From NCBI GenBank assembly GCA_963663965.2, contig CAXXFK010000020.1, positions 64,001-128,000 of the forward strand: DNA of 64,000 nucleotides. Direction: 5' to 3'. Positions within the stretch are counted from its first letter, which is position 1. Each line of letters begins with the position of its first letter. This stretch comes from Sedimentisphaerales bacterium (GTDB lineage Bacteria > Planctomycetota > Phycisphaerae > Sedimentisphaerales > SM23-30). A program made the translations under genes and the position numbers. Under the pieces are notes generated by a model. That model was not told the origin of the DNA, did no database searches, and saw nothing but the letters and a program-made list of their open reading frames with translations. Of the stretch, positions 33,381-41,581 are shown in pieces.

Positions 33381-34649
33381 ATGAAAATATTATTAGTGGG
33401 CAGCGGCGGGCGCGAACACGCGCTGGCATGGAAATTATCCAAATCAAAACTCTGCCGACATTTATATATCGCACCGGGCAATCCTGGCACCGCTCAATGT
33501 GGCAGTAATGTCGCCATCAGCGATAATGACATCCCCGGCCTGATCAGTTTCATTAAAGAAAAGAAGATCGATCTGGTGGTTATCGGCCCAGAAGATCCGT
33601 TGTCACTGGGTCTGGCGGATAAAGTGGAAGCGCTGGGTGTCAAGGTATTCGGACCCAGCGGCGCGGCGGCGGCGCTGGAAGCGGACAAAGTGTTCTCGAA
33701 AAAGATGATGGCCTCCTGTTCGATCCCTACTGCCGAAGCCCGTTGTTTTACCGACTTTCACGACGCCCATCAGTTTATCGCCAGCCGCGACCATGCCGTG
33801 GTCGTAAAAGCGGCGGGTCTGGCCAAGGGCAAGGGTGTCTTTGTCTGTGACGATCCATCTGACGCGTTGCTGGTTGCAGAAGACATCATGATAAACCGCC
33901 AGTTTGGCGAAGCCGGGGCCAGTATTGTCGTGGAGGAAAAACTGCTGGGACAGGAAGCCTCGATCCTAGCCTTTGTGGATGGCCATACGATTTATGTCAT
34001 GGAATCTGCACAAGATCATAAACCGATCGGCGATGGCGACACCGGGCCCAATACCGGCGGGATGGGCGCCTACAGCCCGGCCCCGATCGTTACGGATAAA
34101 ATTCTGCGTCAGATTGAAAAAGATATTCTGGTGCCGATTGTGGATGGCATGAACCGAAACGGCACGCCTTATAAGGGCATTTTATATGCCGGTTTGATGT
34201 TGACCGCGGCCGGGCCGAAGGTGCTGGAATTTAATGTCCGGTTTGGCGATCCGGAAACCCAGCCGGTTTTGTCGCGCCTGAAGTCCGATCTGGTTGAGGT
34301 TATGCTGGGGGTGTGCGATTGCACCCTGGACAAAGTAACCTTGAACTGGGATCCGCGACCGGCGGTTTGTGTGGTCATGTCATCAGGCGGCTATCCGGGC
34401 GATTACGAAAAAGGCAAGGTCATTACCGGAATCGAAGCGGCCGAGGCACTGGACGATGTCAGGGTGTTCCATGCCGGTACCGCGATGGATGGTGACAAAC
34501 TGGTCACCAGTGGTGGCCGGGTTTTGGGAGTCACGGCACTGGGCGCTACGATAGCTGAAGCCCAGCAACAAGCTTATCGCGCCTGCGAACAGATCCAGTT
34601 TGAAGGGGCGTATTATCGCAAGGATATCGGTGCGAAGGCTTTGAAATAA
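33381..34649 (+). CDS. purD: Phosphoribosylamine-glycine ligase
   Basis: GSGGREHALAW, KAAGLAKGKGV, QDHK...GDTGPNTGGMGAYSP, RFGDPETQ. Confidence 0.98.
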   Translation: MKILLVGSGGREHALAWKLSKSKLCRHLYIAPGNPGTAQCGSNVAISDNDIPGLISFIKEKKIDLVVIGPEDPLSLGLADKVEALGVKVFGPSGAAAALEADKVFSKKMMASCSIPTAEARCFTDFHDAHQFIASRDHAVVVKAAGLAKGKGVFVCDDPSDALLVAEDIMINRQFGEAGASIVVEEKLLGQEASILAFVDGHTIYVMESAQDHKPIGDGDTGPNTGGMGAYSPAPIVTDKILRQIEKDILVPIVDGMNRNGTPYKGILYAGLMLTAAGPKVLEFNVRFGDPETQPVLSRLKSDLVEVMLGVCDCTLDKVTLNWDPRPAVCVVMSSGGYPGDYEKGKVITGIEAAEALDDVRVFHAGTAMDGDKLVTSGGRVLGVTALGATIAEAQQQAYRACEQIQFEGAYYRKDIGAKALK

Positions 34650-34680
34650 TCGAAATCGTAGTGATTTTGTTCCATTCAGG

Positions 34681-35850
34681 ATGGCAGCCATGGCATCTCA
34701 ACGCCTGAAATTAACGATACTGACCGGAAGCTATCCGAATGTGCCCTGCGGAATTTCGCCTTATGTCGCCCAGATATTGCGGCGGCTGATCCGGCGGGAA
34801 CAACTCGATATTACGGTAGTCACGGGAACCGATTCGACTATCGACCGTAACGCGGTTGCCGGTTGCCGGGTCGTCGCCGATATTAAAAGCTGGGCGGTCA
34901 GGCATTTTCAGGAGATCGCCGCTGCGGTTTTACAACAGCAACCGGATATTGTGTTCATCCAGAATCCAACTGTCAACTATCCGGGGTTTAAGGCCCGGGT
35001 TATGAACCGGGTGGCAGCGGCGCTGAAGCATCGGGAACCAGACATCCGGCTGTGCGTCTTCCAACATGATATTGCCGTGAGCCATCCGTTGACACGCTGG
35101 CGTTACGATGGCCTGTTTCGGGCGGTTGACGCGATTGTGGTGTCCAATCAGCGCGACTGGCAGGCGATCCGGGACCGGGGCATCGCGGACGATAAAATTA
35201 TTAAGGCGCCTTTCAGCAGTTACTTTCAGATTCAAGGTTGCGATCCCGGTCAGAAGCAGGCGGCCCGCCGGCGAATGAGTATTCCTCCGGAAGCGGTCTG
35301 CCTGGTCTATTTTGGATATGTGGTGCCGGGCCGCTGTATTGACCAACTGTTGCAGGCAACTCGATTGCTGATTGATAGGGGATACCCGGTCCATACACTG
35401 ATCCTGGGAGGTCCGCACCCGGGTTCGCCGGATTATTTCGATCAATGCCGGGCGTTGGGTAACCGCCTTGGGCTGGATGGACACCTCATCTGGACAGGGT
35501 TTGCCGATGATCAGCAAGTCATCGATGGCCTGAACGCGGCGGATATATTTGTGAGTTTGCCCGAACGGGGCGCGGATATGCGCAACACCTCCATATTGAC
35601 GGGGATCCTGGCCGGGTTGCCGGTGATTACCAGCCGGAACGACCGATATTATCGGGATCCTGATCTGGAGGCTTTTGGATGCATAACGGTATCGCCCCGG
35701 CAACCCAGACAAATCACCCAGGCCGTTGCGGCCCTGATTGAAACCCCGGTCCGTCCGAAAGAACTGACTCAACGCGCGACCAGGCTCGAACCGGACAGGG
35801 TATGGGAAGCCCACATCGACATGTTGCTGCGGGCCTTCGGTCTGTCATAA
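34681..35850 (+). CDS. Glycosyltransferase family 4 (GT-B)
   Basis: GSYP..CGI..Y N-terminus, YFGYV.PG, AADIFV, AGLPVIT. Confidence 0.85.
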   Translation: MAAMASQRLKLTILTGSYPNVPCGISPYVAQILRRLIRREQLDITVVTGTDSTIDRNAVAGCRVVADIKSWAVRHFQEIAAAVLQQQPDIVFIQNPTVNYPGFKARVMNRVAAALKHREPDIRLCVFQHDIAVSHPLTRWRYDGLFRAVDAIVVSNQRDWQAIRDRGIADDKIIKAPFSSYFQIQGCDPGQKQAARRRMSIPPEAVCLVYFGYVVPGRCIDQLLQATRLLIDRGYPVHTLILGGPHPGSPDYFDQCRALGNRLGLDGHLIWTGFADDQQVIDGLNAADIFVSLPERGADMRNTSILTGILAGLPVITSRNDRYYRDPDLEAFGCITVSPRQPRQITQAVAALIETPVRPKELTQRATRLEPDRVWEAHIDMLLRAFGLS

Positions 35851-35867
35851 CGGCTGCCTCACGTCAA

Positions 35868-35896
35868 TTGACGCGGCCACCCGATTTTGTTATACT
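35868..35896 (+). promoter_or_regulatory. Sigma70 promoter TTGACG-N17-TATACT for the xylanase gene
   Basis: Near-consensus hexamers with TG extension, 65 bp upstream of the ATG. Confidence 0.6.
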
Positions 35897-35960
35897 ATAT
35901 AAGATCATGGAGGATCGCGTATCGAAACTGATGTCCCATAAAAACCAAGGGAGATTTTTC

Positions 35961-38240
35961 ATGAGAATTGAGACCGGCTGGAGATATTGGATCTTACTGG
36001 TGATACTGGCGGTCAGCATCCCTGCCTGGGGTACCAATATCTTAACAAATCCCGGATTCGAGAATGGCTTGACCGGCTGGTATTCGATGGGGTCAACGAT
36101 CTCGGTTTCATCAGTGAATCATTCGGGTGGGCATTCGGCTTATGTCAGCAACCGCACGCAGAACTGGAACGGAATCGCCCAGAGCCTGCTTAACAAAGTG
36201 GAAGAAGGCAAAACCTATAAGATTGGCGGCTGGGTACGTCTGGCCGATCAGGACCAGGCGGGTATCAGTCTGACCCTGCACCGCAAAAACCAGGCGGGGG
36301 AAGACAGTTGGCATCATGTCGTGGACGCTACCTGCTATCAGGACCGCTGGGTCGAGATCAAAGGCTATTATATCTTCGAAAATCTCACCGACCTGACGAC
36401 CTTGCAGCTTTATTTTGAGGGGCCCGGCGCGGGAGTTTCATTTTACGCCGATGATGTGATCGTGGAAGCTTATGTGCCGGATGACTGGAATGCGCGCGCC
36501 AACGCCCGGATCGAACAGATCCGCAAACGGGATATGAACCTGAAGATTGTTACCGCAGATGGCCGGCCCCTGGATCAGGCGTCGGTGCAACTGAGACAAA
36601 TCCGCCATCAATTCGGTTTTGGCACGGCTTTCAGTTCGGGTAATATCGACAATCCCGATTACTTGCAGTTTCTGCGTGACCATTATGAATGGGTCGTGCC
36701 GGAAAACGCCACAAAATGGACCCAGACCGAACCGGGTCAGGGTCAGTTACATTACAATACCCCCGATGAAATGGTGGAATTCTGCCGGGCCTGGAATATC
36801 TATATGCGGGGTCACTGCCTCTTTTGGAGTGTGCCGCAGTTTGTGCAGGACTGGGTAAAGGATCTGGATGACACCGATCTGCAAGCGGCCATGGAAGCAC
36901 GGCTCAATAGCGTGGTGCCCCGTTATGCGGACGATTTTTATCATTGGGATGTCAATAATGAAATGCTGCATGGCAGCTATTACGCCGATCGGCTGGGCGA
37001 TGGTATCCGGGCGTGGATGTTTCAGCAGGCCCAGGCGCTCGATCCAGACTGTCAATTATTTGTGAACGATTACAACATTCTCAACGGCGGTCTGGCGCCG
37101 GATTACAAATTGCAGATCGAGTCATTGATTGCCCAGGGCGCTCCGGTGGGAGGGATCGGGGTACAGGGGCACATGGGACCGGCTATTATCGGGGACTATC
37201 TCTGGGATCAGTTGGATATTCTCGCGGAAACCGGCCTGCCGATCTGGGTGACCGAATATGACGTTGATACTCCGGATGAGAATTTAAGGGCCGACGCGTT
37301 GGAAACATTCTATCGCACGATCTACAGCCATCCAGCCACCCAAGGCATTTTGATGTGGGGATTCTGGGAAAACGCCCACTGGCGAGAAAACGCGCATCTG
37401 GTCAATGCCGACTGGACCGTCAATGCCGCCGGTCGCCGGTATGAAGCGCTGCTGGAAGAATGGACATCACATGACCACCAAAACAGCAGCACGACGGGCG
37501 CGGTGGCTTTCCGGCCGTTTCATGGCGCCCACGAAATTCTGATTACCCATCCGGAACATGGTGTGACCTTAAAAACGCTGGAGATGGCGCCGGCGGATGA
37601 GCCGGTCCAACTGACTCTGCCTTGTGATAACCAGGGGCTGAGGTACGAATATTATGAAGGCAGCTTTGCAACTTTGCCCGATTTCGACACACTGACCCCG
37701 GTTAGCGCCGGCTATACCGGAACAGTCAATCTGCGCGTGGCTGATAAGGTCAACGATTTCGCTCTGCGTTTTCGCGGATATCTGTTTATCGAGACGGCCG
37801 GAAACTATATTTTCCGGCTGGGCAGTGATGATGGCAGCCGCCTGCTGCTGGATGGATTGGCGGTAATGAATAACGACGGGTTGCATGCCATGAAAACGGT
37901 GACAACGATGATACCGCTCAATAGCGGGATGCACGCATTCGAATTGCAGTTCATGCAGGGCAGCGGTAATATTGGACTGGAACTAACCATGGAAGGGCCC
38001 GGATATGATCGCGGGCCAATCACGGTTTCGCTTTTTTATAACCAACCGAAATTACCCATTGGCGATCCTGATCTGAGTGGCGATCTGGCAATTGACCTGA
38101 ACGACTTTGTGACGCTTTCAAAGCACTGGCAAAAAACAAACACATCCAGTTCCCAGGGGAATCTGGACCGGGTTGATACCATTAACACCAGCGATCTGAT
38201 GATTCTTACCAATCGCTGGCTCGATAGACAGACACCCTGA
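35961..38240 (+). CDS. Secreted endo-1,4-beta-xylanase GH10 with CBM4/9/22-like, PA14 and dockerin-like domains
   Basis: NPGFENG CBM; ENATKW, RGHCLFW, WDVNNE, GVQGH, IWVTEYD; GSDDGSRL PA14; DLSGDLAIDLNDF tail; GGGAG RBS. Confidence 0.93.
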   Translation: MRIETGWRYWILLVILAVSIPAWGTNILTNPGFENGLTGWYSMGSTISVSSVNHSGGHSAYVSNRTQNWNGIAQSLLNKVEEGKTYKIGGWVRLADQDQAGISLTLHRKNQAGEDSWHHVVDATCYQDRWVEIKGYYIFENLTDLTTLQLYFEGPGAGVSFYADDVIVEAYVPDDWNARANARIEQIRKRDMNLKIVTADGRPLDQASVQLRQIRHQFGFGTAFSSGNIDNPDYLQFLRDHYEWVVPENATKWTQTEPGQGQLHYNTPDEMVEFCRAWNIYMRGHCLFWSVPQFVQDWVKDLDDTDLQAAMEARLNSVVPRYADDFYHWDVNNEMLHGSYYADRLGDGIRAWMFQQAQALDPDCQLFVNDYNILNGGLAPDYKLQIESLIAQGAPVGGIGVQGHMGPAIIGDYLWDQLDILAETGLPIWVTEYDVDTPDENLRADALETFYRTIYSHPATQGILMWGFWENAHWRENAHLVNADWTVNAAGRRYEALLEEWTSHDHQNSSTTGAVAFRPFHGAHEILITHPEHGVTLKTLEMAPADEPVQLTLPCDNQGLRYEYYEGSFATLPDFDTLTPVSAGYTGTVNLRVADKVNDFALRFRGYLFIETAGNYIFRLGSDDGSRLLLDGLAVMNNDGLHAMKTVTTMIPLNSGMHAFELQFMQGSGNIGLELTMEGPGYDRGPITVSLFYNQPKLPIGDPDLSGDLAIDLNDFVTLSKHWQKTNTSSSQGNLDRVDTINTSDLMILTNRWLDRQTP

Positions 38241-38439
38241 TTAGTTATCCCGATATGTAATTGCCAATCCTAGCCAACAACTTCAGGGCATGGGCACCAT
38301 TCCGACACCAAATTTTCAATATCATTTGATGGTTAAAATCACAATAACGCTTCAGCGCCAACCAAGCAACAATCCATGTATTGCAACCAGATGCGGTCAT
38401 ATAAAAATTACTCAAATTGAGATGATCAGGATATGAAAT

Positions 38440-38473
38440 AAAAAAACCGGACTTCTTTTTAAGGGAGTCCGGT
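38440..38473 (-). terminator. Intrinsic terminator after second prepilin-like gene
   Basis: ACCGGACTTC...GGAGTCCGGT stem with A-run on plus strand. Confidence 0.75.
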
Positions 38474-38506
38474 CTAGATTGATCCGTTCATTTAAAACAC
38501 GAGTAA

Positions 38507-39349
38507 TTATACTCCACCATAGGCTCTCGAGAGGAATTGTAAATCCTTGTTGTCTTTACTCCACTGATCGTTGGAACTCGTTGCCGGTTTGGTCGGCAAT
38601 GTCGACAGTTCGATAGTTCTGGGATCGGTCCAGTTCATCATTTCGGCATGCCCATCGGCAAAACTCATGGTACCTTTCTTATTATGCCAGATCGCCATGA
38701 TATCCCACCAGTAACTATCGGTAATATAGTCAGGCAGCACAACATGTAAAACCCAGGAGCCAGCCAGCCAGTTCTGTTCCGGATGGTATTCTTCAATAAA
38801 AACCATTTTTTCGATGGGTGATTTAATCTGGCTTAACCGGGTATAAGCTTTCCTGGCATTATGACCCGGATTTGCATCTTCGCCATTCATCATACCACTG
38901 ATAGAATAAGTTCTGTAAGTGTCTTTAGGCGTCGGACGCTTGAAATTTTTATCACCAGGACAATTATAAACTTCATAGCTTTGAGTATATTTCCAAAGTT
39001 TACCCAGAAAAATACCATATTCCCGCAAATCCTGATTCACGTTTGCAGTGGTTGCCTGAAAGCCATTGAGATCGGTTGGGGTATAAGCCCAGGCGGCCTT
39101 GGTACCTGGCCAATCGAAATAATCGCCATTTTTATATCCAGATACGGTTCCCCCCACTAAATTATCATTATTTTCCTGAGCATACATGGTCCAGGCCAGG
39201 ATCAGGGCTTTTTGGTTACTTAGACAAACCGAACCGGTTGCCTGTTGGCGTGCGGCGTTCAGGGCCGGCATCAGGATGGCCACCAGCAGGGCGATGATCG
39301 AAATAACGACCAAGAGTTCAATGAGGGTAAAGGCATTTTGTTTTTTCAT
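38507..39349 (-). CDS. Prepilin-type N-terminal cleavage/methylation protein with H-X9-DG motif (second paralog)
   Basis: [47 protein letters not shown]. Confidence 0.92.
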   Translation of the reverse strand: MKKQNAFTLIELLVVISIIALLVAILMPALNAARQQATGSVCLSNQKALILAWTMYAQENNDNLVGGTVSGYKNGDYFDWPGTKAAWAYTPTDLNGFQATTANVNQDLREYGIFLGKLWKYTQSYEVYNCPGDKNFKRPTPKDTYRTYSISGMMNGEDANPGHNARKAYTRLSQIKSPIEKMVFIEEYHPEQNWLAGSWVLHVVLPDYITDSYWWDIMAIWHNKKGTMSFADGHAEMMNWTDPRTIELSTLPTKPATSSNDQWSKDNKDLQFLSRAYGGV

Positions 39350-39829
39350 GGTTGTCCCCAATAAAATGAGTTACATATCGATAGCTAGACTGATACTAGT
39401 TACTACTTTTTTTATACGCATCCCTGGGCTTGAACAAATGGAACGAACAGAGACTGGAGGCTTCTATACTATTATACTGCAATTTATCAAAAAGTGAGGA
39501 AAAAAACTTTCAAAATTTACCAATTGCAAATTATTGATTTAATTTTTTTGTAACGCGATCTATACCAGTATTTTGGTTGTTTAATAAACAAAAATATCTG
39601 ATTAAATAGCCTCGTTCTGGTGAATATTTACTGCTTTTTTAGCTGATAAATTGTCTACTCGGCACATGTTAGCGCCTGTCGATTATTATTGGAACATGGA
39701 GCTAACTTAAATGGATAGAACGTCTTATAATGATTTGCCCGGATGGCCTTTGGTTAACTTCAACTAACAGAAATGGGTCAAATTGGCCAATATCGGAAAG
39801 TCGCAAGAGCGCCGGGATGAGGTAGATAA

Positions 39830-39996
39830 AAAAACGGGGTTGGCAGTAGATAATCACGCCATGCTATCTACTATCCAACCCACTTCTAGAGAAAATGTGT
39901 AGCCTAAATTTAGTTGATTCGCTTTTCATATTACCAAGGCGTTCAATAAGCCGGAATAAGATTTGTCTAACAAAACGACACAGAAAAAGCGAACTA
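39830..39996 (-). ncRNA. Candidate stand-alone small RNA (~165 nt)
   Basis: Promoter TTGACT-N17-TAATAT at 40030-40002, 5' stem TTCGCTTTT/AAAAGCGAA, long terminator stem with U-tract; no convincing ORF. Confidence 0.5.
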
Positions 39997-40169
39997 TCCA
40001 GATATTAATATGACCGGGTATATAAGTCAATAGAATTATTGAAAAATAAAATTATTTTTGGGATATCTTGAGCCAGTTCGGCATTGATCCCACCAGCCAT
40101 TCTCCTGATAAAAACCAGGCACTTTAAGGTCCGGATAAGTTCTCATTCTCGATAACTATTATCGTGCTG

Positions 40170-41048
40170 TCAATCCTTGACAGTTCCTTCCCGAATCAGG
40201 GCATAGATATCATGTGGATGTTTATCGTATTGGGTAGCGATTGCCCGAATCGTTTGACCGGCTTCCGCTTCAATATCATTCGCCTTCAGATACGCAATAA
40301 CGCGATTGGCGTCCAGTTGGAATTCTGAACAAATCTGGCCAAGGGTTTTAGAGCCGGTTCCAGCCGGTGGTTCTTCCGGCAGAACCGTTTGGCCGGCCTG
40401 GATAATTTTTCCGGGTATTTCGGATAACGGCAGTTGACCGGCTGAACCTATAACGGCGTCTTTGATAAGATCATACACCTGCTGCGGGGCCATATTGTTA
40501 TTCAAGGCAATCTCTTTAAGGGTTTGATCGGCATTATCGAATTTGACGGCGGCGTTCTGCAAGCGTTGCTCGCAGCGGGCCAGGTCCAGGCCCTGCTTTC
40601 TGGCAAAAGATTTCAGTGTAGACAGTTCGGCATGGCCATACGGCGGTTCGCCATATTTTTGATCTCCCAGATCTTTAAAATGACCATTTAAATCTAACAC
40701 CAGGGAAAATGGCGGCCAGCGCCAGACCGTCCCCAGGCATACGGCGATCGAAAGAATCATCGCGACGATCAGTTCACCTTTGAAAAGCGTTATAGCCTTA
40801 GCTTTGTTTTTCAGGTAAATCGTGATCGCTTTCCAATTGAGTATCGTATGGATTATACTCAAAAATACAAACAGAACGCCTGAATTGATATGTAATTCGG
40901 TCCAGAGATCCTTACCCATTCCCCAAAGTGACCAGTTGGCCCAGTAAGCGACCCTGCCATGCGGAATGACATATAAAACTATCGAAGTCACCATCAACAG
41001 GGCAAATATCAACAATAAGGTTAAAGAAATAATTTGTCTGAATTTCAT
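40170..41048 (-). CDS. DUF4405 domain membrane protein with C-terminal repeated small helical domains
   Basis: TSIVLY..PHGRVAYW..W...G..K..W..LH...G......IH..LNW; PPYGHAELSTL. Confidence 0.8.
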   Translation of the reverse strand: MKFRQIISLTLLLIFALLMVTSIVLYVIPHGRVAYWANWSLWGMGKDLWTELHINSGVLFVFLSIIHTILNWKAITIYLKNKAKAITLFKGELIVAMILSIAVCLGTVWRWPPFSLVLDLNGHFKDLGDQKYGEPPYGHAELSTLKSFARKQGLDLARCEQRLQNAAVKFDNADQTLKEIALNNNMAPQQVYDLIKDAVIGSAGQLPLSEIPGKIIQAGQTVLPEEPPAGTGSKTLGQICSEFQLDANRVIAYLKANDIEAEAGQTIRAIATQYDKHPHDIYALIREGTVKD

Positions 41049-41581
41049 GATCTGTCTCTCTTAACGTAATGATGCTTAAATCAACAATCGAGCCTGTAAA
41101 TCAGAATACATTAAGCAAATTTATCGATCTGAGTAAAGAGTGATCAGGAAACCGGGTATTAAAACTGACCATTTCAAATACGAATTGCTCGCTTAACATA
41201 TATATTATAATTGTCGGCCAAATCTATCATTCGCTTGATTTTTTTGGTTAAAATGTAAAAAGTCTTTAACTCATCGAATTCCAATTCGAAAAACAAAACA
41301 GCGGCGCCGGTGCCATCAGATCAAATAAGTATCTATAACATAATACTTTATCACTTAAACCCTATTGAATTGATACTATCGGCCCTATCGATAGGAATCA
41401 GGCGATTAATCACCGATCTCAAAATATTGTTGCAGAACCGTGCAGGGGATGATATCATGAATTTACAAAAGTCAATATAAAAACATGTCAGGTATTGACT
41501 CACGGTGTTCTGGAATACTTAAATATAACAGACGATCCATATATCAATTTTAATTTATCATTTTAGGAACGAGGTTATGTT

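Noticed and set aside
35802..35960. Upstream ORF-track extensions (also 1828, 25571, 45251, 47837, 48646, 50369, 57383, 11294)
   Set aside because: Downstream ATGs with RBS and signal peptides or family N-termini are better starts
39770..39825. GGAAAGTCGCAAGAGC...CGGG stretch as a c-di-GMP riboswitch
   Set aside because: Required helices do not form and no gene follows on that strand
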